NCBI GenBank assembly: GCA_003344405.1
Contig: NOWV01000291.1
Span: 1-61,620 of the forward strand
Origin: Trichoplax sp. H2
Taxonomy: Eukaryota
DNA length: 61,620 nt
Direction: 5' to 3'
In this document: positions 1-15,500 of the stretch, in pieces
Layout: every line of letters starts with the position of its first letter
Position numbering within the stretch: position 1 is the first letter of the stretch
Translations under genes and position numbers: made by a program
Notes under the pieces: generated by a model
Databases searched by the model: none
What the model was told of the DNA's origin: nothing
What the model saw: only the letters and a program-made list of their open reading frames with translations

Positions 1-3000
1 TAATAATTTTATAGATAGAGTAAACCAGTCGTATAATGCATTTTACATAGACAGTAGTAGTATTTTAGTATTTCATTATACTTCTTGTACTTGTTAATAA
101 CTACTGTAAGTTTTAGATTACAAGCTAATTTATAACTTTTTACAATTTTCATTGAACGCTGTGACGTATTCTATCGAATAACTAGAAAAAAAGCTCCATG
201 TATTGGGTAAGAAATGAAACTGATTTCTACATAAAACGTGATATTTCTTGTAAATACAATTACGAATATTTCACAACTGTGTATCTGTCGCCCTTTAAAA
301 TAGTCTCAAAACTGGGTGAATAGATTAGTGTTACTGCTACTACGCTTAATATCGAGATTTTATGTAATTTAAATAGTCTTGTAAATCGTAACTTACGAGT
401 AATACAGTACATGAAACTACTGACGACAGATGAGAGCTATCAGCCTCGACCTTAACGTATGACTTAGTACGAATACTACAGCGAGATAAGCTACGAGTAT
501 TTTATCATCATTCACTACCTACTAGCACTTAGTAAAGTAACTTAGTAAAGTATAATACGCTAGAAGTAAATACCTTTATTATCAAGACAAACTTTTAGCC
601 AAAGTTAAACGGATTAGAGTATAATTAACTAGCTAGCGAATAGTCGAATCAAATGTAGATAAAATAACTGAGATGAGAAACTACGATAAGTTTATTGTAG
701 AGGCTTATTTACTTCATAGTTTGTTATCTGTTCATATGATAAGTATAAGCAAAGTCATCACTATCGTCTAATACGCTGAAATCTTAGAGAATACTATCGA
801 CTTTATCTGGTTTTAATGTAGAAGACAAATTGCTTATATATCTATTTTAAACGCTTACTTTTGCTTAGATATTTAAATTTGTATTATAAATATCGCGCTG
901 ATAATAAATCTATTAAGAGACGTTATTACTATAAACACGACTATTACGTAATAACACTAGCTTGACTTGTACTATACGCAATGTGTACATAAATGTTCAT
1001 AGCTAATAGTCGACTCTACAATACTCTACTCTACTCAAGAGTTAAGGATCTAACTAGTACATTACATAAAAGCAATTGTACATGACTATATTTTATATAT
1101 AGTATTACGAGTATCTTATAGGTGTAAAACTAGAAAGTTGATGTTTTTAGTAGTTTTTTGTAGCTTACTTAATATACGTATAACTTGAAGATCATAGTCT
1201 CTGTTTTATTCGAGTTATACACGTATTAAATAACTTCAAATACAGAACGCACAACTGATTTTATTATATATTTTGTATCATTTATATTATATGATGTTAA
1301 TATTATGGCTCTAGTAGTTACTTAGATTTCAGAGTCTGAATCTTAAATAATCATATGTAGTTTTACTTTTATGATAGTATTAGAGTTCGATTTCTTTATA
1401 CCAGCACGATATCTTGTATATTACGAAGTATCAAACACTAAAATATTTAACATATATCACAAAATAGCGTTGCAACAGCATAACTACGAAATACTCGTTT
1501 TAATAACTAGTAATGTTATACATTTGTGTTATGTACGTTGTATAACGTTAACATTCTAGCTGTAACGATTACTCGAATTTCAGAGCATATATCTTGTATA
1601 ACCATATGTAACATTTATGATCGCCTCATAGTTTAACTTGTTGTACTACTTCGATATCTCAAATACGATGAGTTATCGAATACTAAAGTATTATAATACG
1701 TATTACGAGTCAGCTTTTAAACAGCATAACGTTAAAATACTATCTTAACAAGTGATTCTATTATGCACTTTATATCATTTCTCTATATGACGCCAATATT
1801 ATGGCTGTAACGATTACTTGTAGTTCAGGCTGTAAATCTCATACAATCACATGCAATTTTGTTTTCGTAACAAACTTATAGATAAATTATTATTGTACTA
1901 TGTCGATCTTTCGGATAAGATAAACTATAGAGCATTAAACTATTATGATATATAATTAAGTATCATACACTAAAATGGTATAATGTGTATCACAAATCAG
2001 CTTACAGTAACATAAACTTAAAATACATAACTTAGCAAGTGATTCCATTATACATTTTATATCGTTTACACTATACGACGTCGACACTATGGCTATAACG
2101 ACTATTCGGATTTCAGGGTGTAAGTCTTAAATAGTCATATGTAACTTTACGTAACAGCAATTTCATACTTGCATTACCTTATACTATCTCGATATCTCGG
2201 ATACGATAAACTATCGAACACTAAATCTTATAATGTATATTATAAGTCAGCTTTGTAACAACATAAGTTGAAGTACTCATTTAACAACTAACTTTATTAT
2301 ATATTTGTATCATGTACACTGCATATCGTCAACCTTATGGATTACTCGGATTTTAGCGCGTAAGTCTTGCATTATCATATGCACATTTTATAATAGATTC
2401 ATAGTTAAACGTCTAGTTATACTATCGCGATATCTCAGATACGATAAAGTATCGAACACTAAGTGTTATAATGCATATTACAAAATAGCTTTGTAACAAC
2501 ATAACGTTAGAGTACACAAGTTAACAAATGATTCTATTATACACTTTTATCATTTACACTATATGACGTCAACATTATCGCTATAACGGTTTCTCGGAAT
2601 TTAGCGCGTAAGTCTTGCATTATCATATTTATTTTTTTACGATAGCTCCACACTTAAACTTCTTGTTGTACTATCGCGATATCTCAGATACGATAAACTA
2701 TCGAATACTTAAATATCATAATGTGTATTACAAATCAGCTTTGTAACAACATAACGTTTAAGTACACAAGTTAACAAATGATTCTATTACACACTTTATA
2801 TCATTGACACTATATAATGTCAACATTATGGCTATAACGTTTACTCGGATTTTAGCGCGTAAGTTTCGAATAATCATATGTATATTAGCTTTACAGTAAT
2901 TTTATACTTGTATTTCTTTACACTATCTCTAAATCTCGAACACGATCAATTATTCAGCTGATTTTGTTATGTATTTGTGTCATGTAAACGGTATAACGTC

Positions 3001-6000
3001 AACGTTCTGGCTCTAACGATTACTCGGACTTTAGGTCGTAAGTCTCGTATAGTCATGTATAATGTTTTATATACTAACTCGCTATCGCAAATATGATAAA
3101 GTATCGAATGCTAAATATTATAAATATGTATCATAAATCAGCGTTATAACAACGTAACGTTAACATACGCATGTTAACAAGTGATTCTATTATATATTTG
3201 TATTATTTACGCTGTATAACGTCAATATTATAGCTGTAACAATTACTCAGATTTCAGACTGTAATTCTCTTATAAAACATGTGTGATTTCGTTTTCGTAA
3301 CAAAGTTATAGATAAATTATCACTGTATTATTTCGATCTTTCGGATAAGATAAACTGTAGAACGTTAAACTATTATGATGTATATTACAAATCAGCTTTG
3401 CTATAAGATAACTCGAAAATACATAGTTTAATAACTAATTTTATTTTATATTTTTCTGATATTTCTCTATTAATACAACAATACATCCACAAATTGATAC
3501 TATTCAAGGACGTAAGTATACTGATTGTTTACACCTACGAATTCTTCTAAGTTACTGTAAGACAGTGTAATATTGTATTCTAAGTTGATGATATATTTAG
3601 TAATGTCTACCGTAGGTGTTGTGTTCAACATGTGATAGATATACTCGTTAGAAGCTTAAGTATTAAATATAGCTAGCGTAATAGCTGTAATCCTTTTGAA
3701 GAGGAGCGCTATAGTGCTCACACTAGAGCTTCACATGAAAGGTGTAAACTAGTCTGTATTTGAGATGCTAATACCGAAGTGTGTAGTAAGTAAGGTGCTA
3801 AGACTGTAAACGCGGAAAGGTATATAAGCGAGTAGTTTAGTATAGTAAGTTAGTTCTTTCTCGTTAGAGGTCCTCAGCTAATCGATTACGTTGTATCTTC
3901 GTAAAGGAGGTTTTGTTCAATAAATCTTAATTTTCTAAAGTTTTGAAGGTTCTTGATCTATCAACCTCACAGTTATATAATAATTTTATAGATAGAGTAA
4001 ACCAGTCGTATAATGCATTTTACATAGACAGTAGTAGTATTTTAGTATTTCATTATACTTCTTGTACTTGTTAATAACTACTGTAAGTTTTAGATTACAA
4101 GCTAATTTATAACTTTTTACAATTTTCATTGAACGCTGTGACGTATTCTATCGAATAACTAGAAAAAAAGCTCCATGTCTTGGGTAAGAAATGAAACTGA
4201 TTTCTACATAAAACGTGATATTTCTTGTAAATACAATTACGAATATTTCACAACTGTGTATCTGTCGCCCTTTATAATAGTCTCAAAACTGGGTGAATAG
4301 ATTAGTGTTACTGCTACTACGCTTAATATCGAGATTTTATGTAATTTAAATAGTCTTGTAAATCGTAATTTACGAGTAATACAGTACATGAAAATACTGA
4401 AGACAGATGAGAGCTATCAGCCTCGACCTTAACGTATGACTTAGTACGAATACTACAGCGAGATAAGCTACGAGTATTTTATCATCATTCACTACCTACT
4501 AGTACTTAGTAAAGTAACTTAGTAAAGTATAATATACTAGAAGTAAATACCTTTATTATCAAGACAAACTTTTAGCCAAAGTTAAACGGATTAGAGTATA
4601 ATTAACTAGCTAACGAGTAGTCGAATCAAATGTAGATAAAATAACTGAGATGAGAAACTACGATAAGTTTATTGTAGAGGCTCATTTACTTCATAGCTTG
4701 TTATCTGTTCATATAGGATAAGTATAAGCAAAGTCATCGCTATCGTCTAATACGCTGAAATCTTAGAGAATACTATCGATTTATTCTGGTTTTAATATAA
4801 GAGACAAATTGCTTATATGTCTATTTTAAACACTTACTTTTGCTTAGATATTTAACTTTGAATTATAAATACCGACTATTATGTAATAATAACACTAGCT
4901 TGACTTGTACTATACGCAATGTGTACATAAATGTTCATAGCCAATAGTCGACTCTACAATACTCTACTCTACTCAAGAGTTAAGGATCTAACTAGTACAT
5001 TACATAAAAGTAATTGTACATCACTATATTTTATATACAGTATTACAAGTATCTTATAAGTGTAAAACTAGAAAGTTGATGTTGTTTAGTAATCTTTTGT
5101 AACTTACTTAATATACGTATAGCTTGAAGATCATAGTCTCTGTTTTATTCGAGTTATACACGTATTAAATAACTTCAAATACAGAACGCACAACTGATTT
5201 TATCATATATTTTGTATCATTTACATTATATGATGTTAATATTATGGCTGTAGTAGTTACTTAAATTTCAGAGTCTGAATCTTAAATAATCATATGTAGC
5301 TTTACTTTTATGATAGTATTATTGTTCGATTTCTTTATACTAACTCGATTTCGCGTATATTACAAAGTATCAAACACTAAAATATTTAACATATATCACA
5401 AAATAGCGTTGCAACAGCATAACTACGGAATACTCGTTTTAATAACTAGTTTTACGATACATTTGTGTCATGTACGTTTTATAACGTTAACATTCTAGCT
5501 GTAACGATTACTCGGATTTCAGAGCATAAATCTTGTATAACCATATGTAACATTTATGATCGTCTCATAGTTAAACTTGCTGTACTACTTCGATATCTCA
5601 AATACGATGAGCTACCGAATACTAAAGTATTATAATACGTATTACGAGTCAGCTTTTAAACAGCATAACGCTAAAATACGCACCTTAACAAGTGATTCTT
5701 TTATATATCTTGTATCATTTACTCTATATGACGCCAACATTATGGCTGTAACGATTACTCGGAACTCAGGCTGTAAGTCTCTTATAATCATATGTGATTT
5801 TGTTTTCGTAACAAACTTATAGATAAATTATTACTGTACTATCTCGATCTTTCGGATAAGATAAACTATTATGATATATAGTACAAATCTGCTTTGCTAT
5901 AACATAACTTCAAAACACACAGTTTAATAACTAATTTTATTTTACACTTTGTATTATTTATTCTATATGGCGTCGACGTTATGGCTGTAACGATTACTCG

Positions 6001-9000
6001 GATTTCAGTCTGTAAGTCTCGTATAATCATGTATATGATTTTTATATGATAGAAATCTTCATAGCTAAGTTTCTTGTTGTAATAACTCGATATGTTCCAG
6101 ATGATGAAGTATCATACACTAAAGTGTTATAATGTATATCTCAAATCAGCTTACAGTAACATAAACTTAAAATACACAATTTAACTAGTGATTCTATTAT
6201 ACACTTTATCTCATTTACACTATACGACGTCGACACTATGGCTATAACGACTATTCGGATTTCAGGGTGTAAGTCTTAAATAGTCATATGTAACTTTACG
6301 TAACTGCAATATCATACTTGTATTACCTTATACTATCTCGGTATCTCAGATACGATAAACTATCGAACACTAAATCTTAGAATGTATATTATAAGTCAGC
6401 TTTGTAACAACATAAGTTGAAATACTCAATTTAACAACTAACTTTATTCTATATTTGTGTCATGTACACTGTATATCGTCAACTTTACGGATTACTCAAA
6501 TTTTAGCGCGTAAGTCTTACATAATCATATGTCATTTTTTACGATAGCTCCATAGTTAAACTTGTTGTTGTACTATCGCGATATATCAGATACGATAAAC
6601 TATCGAACACTAAATCTTAGAATGTATATTATAAGTCAGCTTTGTAACAACATAAGTTGAAATACTCAATTTAAAAACTAACTTTATTCTATATTTGTGT
6701 CATGTACACTGTATATCGTCAACTTTACGGATTACTCGGATTTTAGCGCGTAAGTCTTACATAATCATATGTCATTTTTTACGATAGCTCCATAGTTAAA
6801 CTTGTTGTTGTACTATCGCGATATCTCAGATACGATAAAGTATCGAACACTAAATCTTATAATGTATATTATTAGTCAGCTTTGTAACAACATAAGTTGA
6901 AATACTCAATTTAACAACTAACTTTATTCTATATTTGTGTCATGTACACTGTATTTCGTCAACTTTATGGATTACTCGGATTTTAGCGCGTAAGTCTTAC
7001 ATAATCATATGTCATTTTTTACGATAGCTCCATAGTTAAACTTGTTGTTGTACTATCGCGATATCTCAGATACGATAAAGTATCGAACACTAAATCTTAG
7101 AATGTATATTATTAGTCAGCTTTGTAATAACATAAGTTGAAATACTCAATTTAAAAACTAACTTTATTCTATATTTGTGTCATGTACACTGTATATCGTC
7201 AACTTTATGGATTACTCGGATTTTAGCGCGTAAGTCTTGCATAATTATAGGTCATTTTTTACGATAGCTCCATAGTTAAACTTGTTGTTGTACTATCGCG
7301 ATATCTCAGATACGATAAAGTATAGAACACTAAAGTATTATAACGTGTATTACAAATCAGCCTTGTAACAACATAACGTTAGAGTACACATATTAATAAA
7401 TGATTTTATTATACACTTTTTATCATTGACACTATCTGACGTCAACACCCTGGCTATAACGATTACTCGGATTTTAGCGCGTAAGTCTTGCATAATCTTA
7501 TGTGATTTTTTATGATAACTTAAACTTGTTGTTGTACTATCGCGATATTTCAGATACGATAAAGTATCGAACACTAAAGTATTATAATGTGTATTACAAA
7601 TCAGCTTTGTAACAACATAACGTTAGAGTACACAAATTAACAAATGATTCTATTATACACTTTTTATCATTGACACTATCTGACGTCAACATTATGGCTA
7701 TAACGATTTCTCGGATTTTAGCGCGTAAGTCTCGCATAATCTTAGATCATTTTTTACGATAGCTTCATAGTTAAACTTGTTGCTGGACTATCGCAATATC
7801 TGATATGCGATATTATCTTTGTAATAACATAACGTTAAAACATACAAATTAACAAATGATTCTATTACACATTTTATATCATTGACACTATATGACGTCA
7901 ACTTTATGGCTATAACGTTTACTCGGATTTTAGCGCGTAAGTCTCGCATAATCATATGCACTTTTTTATGATAGCTCAATAGTTAAGCTTCTTGTTGTAC
8001 TATCGCGATATCACAGATAAGATAAACTATCGAACACTAAAATATCATAATGTGTATTACAAATCAGCTTTGTAACAACATAACGTTACAGTACACAAAT
8101 TAACAACTGATTCTATTACACACTTTATATCATTGACACTATATGACGTCAACACTCTGGCTATAACGTTTACTCGGATTTTAGCGCGTAAGTCTCGCAT
8201 AGTCATATGTATATTAGCTTTACAGTAATTTTATACTTGTATTTCTTTACACTATCTCCAAATCTCGAATACGATAAACTATTCAGCTGATTTTGTTATA
8301 TATTTGTGTCTTGTAAACTGTATAACGTCAACGTTCTGGCTCTAACGACTACTCGGACTTTAGGTTGTAAGTCTCGTATAGTCATGTATAATGTTTTTTA
8401 TACTAACTCGCTATCTCAAAGATAATAAAGTATCGAATGCTAAATATTATAAATATGTATCATAAATCAGCATTGCAACAGCGTAACTTAAAATACGCAC
8501 GTTAACAAGTGATTCTATTCTATATTTGTATTATTTACGCTGTATAACGTCAATATTACGGCTGTAACAATTACTCGGATTTCAGGCTGTAATTCGCTTA
8601 TAATCATGTGTGATTTCGTTTTCGTAACAGAATTATAGATAGATTATTGCTATACTATTTAGATCTTTCGGATAAGATAAACTATAGAACATTAAACTAT
8701 TATGATGTATATTACAAACTAGCTTTGCTATGAGATAACTTGAAAATGCATAGTTTAATAACTAATTTTATTTTATATTTTTCTGATATTTCTCTATTTA
8801 TACAACAATACATCCACAAATCAATGCTATTCAAGGGCGTAAGTATACTGATTGTTTATACCTACGAATTCTTCTAAGTAACATAATAATTTTATAGATA
8901 GAGTAAACTAATCGTATAATGTATTTTACATGAACAGTAGTATTTTAGTATTTCATTATACTACTTGTACTTCTTAATAAGTACTGTAAGTTTTAGATTA

Positions 9001-12000
9001 CAAGATAATTTATAACTTTTTACAATTTTCATTGAACTCCATGACGTATTCTATCGAATAACTAGAAAAAAAGCTCCGATAAATCGGTAAGAAATGAAAC
9101 TGATTTCCACATAAAACGTGATATTTCTTGTAAATACAATTACGAATATTTCACAACTGCGCATCTGTCGCCCTTATAATAGTCTCAAAAGTGGGTGAAT
9201 AGATTAGTGTTACAGCTACTACGCTTAATTTCGAGATTTTATGTGATTTAAATAGTCTTGTAAATCGTAATTTACGAGTAACACAGTACATGAAACTACT
9301 GAAGACAGATGAGAGCTGTCAGCCTCGACCTTAACGTATGACTTAGTACGAATACTACAGCGAGATGAGCTACGAAGATAAAGAAGACCTTAGTAAAGTA
9401 ACTTAGTAAAGTATAATACACTAGAAGTAAATACCTTTAATATCAAGACAAACTTTTAGCCAAAGTTAAACGGATTAGAGTATAATTAATTAGCTAACGA
9501 GTAGTCGAATCAAATGTAGATAAAATAACTGAGATGGGAAACTACGATAAGTTTATTGTAGAGGCTTATTTACTTCATAGCTTGTTATCTGTTCATATGA
9601 TAAGTATAAGCAAAGTCATCACTATCGTCTAATACGCTGAAATCTTAGAGAATGCTATCGACTTAATCTGGTTTTAATGTAGAAGACAAATTGCTTATAT
9701 ATCTATTTTAAACACTTACTTTTGCTTAGATATTTAACTTTGTATTATAAATATACGACTATTATGTAATAAAACACTAGCTTGACTTGTACTATACGCA
9801 ATGTGTACATAAATGTTCATAGCTAATAGTCGACTCTACAATACTGTACTCTACTCAAGAGTTAAGGATCTAACTAGTACATTACATAAAAGTAATTGTA
9901 CATGACTATATTTTATATACAGTATTACAAGTATCTTACAGGTGTAAAACTAGAAAGTTGATATTGTTTAGTAATTTTTTGTAACTTACTCAATATGCGT
10001 ATAACTTGAACATCATAGTCTCTGTTTTATTCGAGTTATACACGTATTAAATAACTTCAAATACAGAACGCACAACTGATTTTATTATATATTTTGTATC
10101 ATTTATATTATATGATGTTAATATTATGGCTGTAGTAGTTACTTAGATTTCAGAGTCTGAATCTTAAATAATCATATGTAGTTTTACTTTTACGATAATA
10201 TTATAGTTCGATTTCTTTATACTAACTCGATATCTTGTATATTACGAAGTATCAAACACTAAAATATTTAAAATATATAACAAATTAGCGCTGAAGCATC
10301 ATAACTATGGAATACTTGTTTTAATAACTAGTTTTCTTATACATTTGTGTCACGTACGTTTTATAACGTTAACATTCTAGCTGTAACGATTACTCGAATT
10401 TCAGAGCATAAATCTTGTATAACCATATGTAACTTTTATGATCGCCTCATAGTTAAACTTGTTGTACTACTTCGATATCTCAAATACGATGAGCTACCGA
10501 ATACTAAAATATTATAATACGCATTACGAATCAGCTTTTTAACAGCATAACGTTAAAATACGCTTCTTAGCAAGTGATTCTATTATATACTTTGTATCAT
10601 TTATTCTATATGACGCCAACATTATGGCTGTAACAATTACTCGGAATTCAGGCTGTAAGTCTCTTATAATCATATGTGATTTAATTTCGTAACAAACTTG
10701 TAGATAAACGATTATTGTACTATCTCGATCTTTCGGATAAGATAAACTATAGAACATTAAACTATTATGATGTATATTACAAATCTGCTTTGCTATAACA
10801 TGACTTCAAAATACACAGTTTAATAACCAATTTTATTTTATACTTTGTATTATATATACTTTATGGCTGTAACGATTACTCGGATTCCAGTCTGTAAGTC
10901 TCGTATAATCATGTGTATGATTTTTATATGATAGAAATCTTCATAGCTAAGTTTCTTGTTGTAATAACTCGATATGTCCATGATGATGAAGCACCGTACA
11001 CTAAGATGTTATAATGTGTATCACAAGTCAACTTACAGTAACATAAACTTAAAATACACAATTTAACAAGTGATTCTATTATTCACTTTGTGTCGTTTAC
11101 ACTATACGACGTCGACACTATGGCTATAACGACTATTCGGATTTCAGGGTGTAAGTCCTAAATAGTCATATGTAACTTTACGTAACAGCAATTTCATACT
11201 TGTAATACCTTATACTATCTCGATATCTCGGATACGATAAAGTATTGAACACTAAATATTATAATGTATATTATAAGTCTGCTTTGTAATAACATAAGTT
11301 GCAATACTCAATTTAACAACTGACTTTATTATATATTTGTGTCATGTACACTGTATAACGTCGACATTATGGCTATAACGGTTACTCGGATTTTAGCGCG
11401 TAAGTCTCGCATAATCTTATGCCATTTTTTATGATAGCTCCATAGTTAAACTTCTTGTCGTACTATCGCGATATCTCGGATACGATAAAGTATCGAAAAC
11501 TAAAATATTACAATGTATATTACAATTCAGCTTTGTAACATAAAGTTAAAGTACACAAATTAACAAATGATTCTATTATACACTTTATATCATTGACACT
11601 ATATGACGTCAACATTATGGCTATAACGTTTACTCGGATTTTAGCGCGTAAGTCTCGTATCATATGTGATTTTTTATGATAGCTTCATAGTTGAATTTTT
11701 TGTTGTACTATCGCGATATCTCAGATACGATAAAATATCTAACACTAAAGTATTATAATGTGTGTCACAAATCAGCTTTGTAACAACATAACGTTAAAGT
11801 ACACAAATTAATAAATGATTTTATCATACATTTTATATCAATTACACGATATGATGTCAACACTCTGGCTATAACGATTACTCGGGTTTTAGCGCGTAAG
11901 TCTCGCATAATCATATGTCATTTTTTATGATAGCTTCATAGTTGAATTTCTTGTTGTACTATCCCGATATCTCAATAATGATGAAACATCATACACTGAG

Positions 12001-12500
12001 ATATTATAATACGTATCACAAATCAGATTTATAAATAACATAACTTATAAATATACTACTTAATAAGTGATTCTATTATATATTTGTATCATTTATACTC
12101 TATGATGTTGGCGTTATGGCTATATCGATTATTTGAATTTCAGCGCGTAAGTCTTAAGTAATCGTATGTAATTTTGCTCTACAGTAATTTCATGCCTACA
12201 TTATCTTATACTATCTCGATATTTCGCATACGATAAACTAGTGAAAAATAAAATATTATAATATGTATTACAAATCAGCTTTGCAAAATAACTTCAAAGA
12301 CTCAATTTAATAACGAATTTTTTACATATCTCAATATCTCAAATATGACGTCTAAATATGGCTGTAGTAATTACTCGAATTTTAGCGTAGAAGTCTTGCA
12401 TAATTATGTGTGATTTTATTTCTATCACAAAGTTATGCATAAATTGTTAGTATTTTATCTCGATATCTCGGACATGACGAACTGTAGGACACTAAAGTAT
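1..12500. repeat. Higher-order tandem repeat: three super-units (1-3977, 3978-8883, 8884-~12500), each a ~1.2 kb spacer plus about 9-15 diverged ~240-250 bp monomers
   Basis: TAATAATTTTATAGATAGAGTAAAC recurs at 1, 3978 and 8884, followed by ~1.2 kb of highly similar sequence. Monomer motifs such as GATTACTCGGATTTTAGCGCGTAAGTCT recur throughout. Exact 240-bp period at 6361/6601/6841/7081/7321. The array decays near 12.4-12.5 kb and is cut by the left window edge. Confidence 0.95.
3556..3971 (+). mobile_element. Solo LTR (416 bp) of an LTR retrotransposon
   Basis: Starts TGT and ends ACA. Flanked by a near-perfect 5-bp TSD: GTTAC (3551-3555) and GTTAT (3972-3976). The equivalent junction at ~8878-8882 is empty (CTTCTAA-GTAAC-ATAATAA). 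Internal TATATAA at 3821 and AATAAA at 3919, in the expected order. Confidence 0.85.
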
Positions 12501-15500
12501 ATGTTACTACTCATGGGTTATTTTAGTACAACCTACTACTTATTTATATTACAAGGGTTTGTTTAACAGTGAAATTAACTAATCTCTACTAGCATATAAT
12601 ATTAGCAGTTGTAACTACATTCATAACTTACTGCTATTTACGAATTGAAAACAATCATATAAATTTTATAACGAGGTATCGATTACCCATTACTACACGT
12701 ACAGTAACATTGAGTTCGTTAAGATTAATATTTCTTTACCTTCGGGGTATTTATATAGTAATATTTTATACGGCAGTAGTGCATAATTGAAATCAAAGTC
12801 TGATTTAGCTAAAAAGAAGTTAACAATCGAAGGATTAGAAGTCGAAGTTAATTAATCCATTTCCTTAATTTACACCTATAATATGCATCTGGCATCATAG
12901 CTGAATGCAGATGACAGCAATTGTAGTACTTAAATCAACCTTGACTATTCTTATGTTTGTTTTCGCCTTTGATAATGCATCACAAGAGTTAAATCATGAA
13001 AATTATTTACATCTGAAAATTAAAATGATGATATTTTAACTGCGAACTAACTCTCATAGATTATCGTTCTGCGCTGTATGTATTCTACTAGAAAACTTTA
13101 CATGCGTCATTAATGTGATGTTCTTCCTTGATTTTCTCATATTTTTTAATTTAATATGTCGCCGATTTCATCATGAAATTTTACGTATGAAGGGAGTAAG
13201 TTAAATATTATTTATTCACTAACTGTTCAAATTGTATGCAAGCTATACGCGTAATTAGACATTGCATAGCACTAGAACTAAAATTATATCAGAGATTTAG
13301 AATTAGGAGGTGTATTTTAGCTTTCTTATTCTATAATGCAAATACTAATTAAGTTTACTTTATGCTAAATTAATCGCTATCATCTCGCTTGGATCGATCT
13401 GAAGTAAACTTTGCTCGGTAAGAACTCTTCTTCTATAAAGCTTGCTACACTCTTTAATGTTCGTGTATAATCTATAATTTTTTAAAGTAATAGTTAATCG
13501 TTTATTTTATTAGATTTAGTAACAATTACAATACATATTATTAATATTAGACAAATAGAGACTTTCAGATTCTTAAATTACCCTACTATAAAATATAAAT
13601 TATTACAACAATTGCTACTGCTCGAAGATATTTTAAAAAGAATTTAAATCATTGACATAACTTTAAGAATTGGTTAATAGCAAAATGCAATGAAATTTTT
13701 TTACCTTATGTATTGACTAGAGATATATAGCAATCCACTTGCTTTCAGTTAGATAGCAGAACGGGAGCAGCTCTTATTTAATGACATTGGAAATGCAAGA
13801 AACACGCAGGCTTTCAGATCTGTCGAAAAGATTCTTAATTGATAATTAACAATAACAGTATAATTTAAGTAGAGACTAAACTGAAATTAAAACTGAAAGC
13901 AATTTGCTATTATACATCCTTAAGAAGTTGTAAGCTAGCTTAGGTACGATATCTGTAAGAGTATATCTCGTAACAGGATTTGTATCTGCGGTAGAGTTGT
14001 TTAAAGTTTACATTTTATTTTACACTTAAATGGAACATGTAATCGTTTATATTTCGCCAGCGAAAGTCTATGCTATTACAATAAAGTTAATTTTCTTGCT
14101 GTAATCCTATAACTTAGTTACAAATTTAGTGTATATTTTATCTATGGAGATAATACTGCATTTTAATGCAATTTTTTCCGCCTGTAAAATTCATTCAATT
14201 CAACTAATTCTTGTGCATGATGAACGGTGGCTAAAACTGCAGCATATATTATTTTGTTGTTACTGTAGCTTGGCATACAACCCTCACTTTAAGATTCGAT
14301 ATTTAAATTCTTATGTATAGTATTCGCAAGTAATGACTAGTTAATGGCAAGCTATGCGCTCTTAATTCGCCTTCGTAGAAGATTAACGAAACGAGTCCGT
14401 TATTTTCTCGATTTCTTTTCGCAGTCATCGTAGTACTATCATCGACTATTAAAATTAAAATTTAGAAAAGTAGCATAGAAATATTTGAATCATTATTTCT
14501 TTAAATTATTACACTTTTGCTTTAGTGATCACCGTCCTTTATTTTGGATGTAAGAGTACCGTTACCCCAAATTTTAAGCTAGTAAAGGTAGTCATCGATG
14601 ACTTTACTATTCACATTCGTTGGATTAAGCAGATCTATCATACGTGATGATCTCAGCTAATTACAGTAGTGGTGTGTGTTAAAGTGTACTAGTAAGATAA
14701 ATTAAAGCATTATCCGAGGTAAAACTGATCAATGTGCTTAATAAAGCAATTTTCGTACATAATGGTGTAGTAAAGGACTAAAAGTAGAGTCCTTTATAGC
14801 TTTCAGTATGTAACTAATGTTATTTTACTATAGAAAATACCTAGAAAGTGATAGTGTCTTTCAGTTTTATCCTGCCAAATCATCATGACGCCATCTTTTC
14901 TTCTTCATTATTTTATACGGTATTCTATAGATTATTATAGAAGTAGCCCTAGAGCAATTGCCTAATCTAAAGAAAGGGGGTTTGATAGTCTATTCAAATT
15001 GTAAATGAATTTGACTTAGTAACAAGACCCTATCCATAGAGAAAGGGGATTTATAACATCACGATAAAGTACTGTAATGTAGTCTATAATTGTACAGTTA
15101 CCGTACAACCTGACGCTAAAACATCAACTGTCAATACTTAGTGATACTAATGTCAGAAAAGTAGTCGTAATAGTCATATAAAATTTTTTGTCATATACGA
15201 TTTTACTACAATTACCTCAGTCCCGTTTTTAGCAAAAAGAGGGTTCTTGCTACATCTTGTACTTATGTTAAACTAAGTGATATCCCAATGTTTTAATCGT
15301 ACTTTAGTATAATCTATAATGGATATCCTGATGAGAATATGCACTAATCATTTATGTATATACTGTATGCAAAACCAGTTATCTATCTGTTAGTTTAAAT
15401 TAAGTAAGCCTCGATAAGCTGGATGCTAATGTGCCATATTTAGTCAGTACAATTCGCGAAAGTGAAAAACAGATAAGAAATATTATTTACGGGCATCTGC

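Noticed and set aside
1240..12500. Monomer ORFs; the minus strand FDTLSYLKYRDSTTTSLSYHKKSHKIMQDL faintly resembles a TPR helix pair
   Set aside because: Frames are not conserved between monomers, the period does not fit 34/42-aa TPR units, and the resemblance is too weak without an HMM search.
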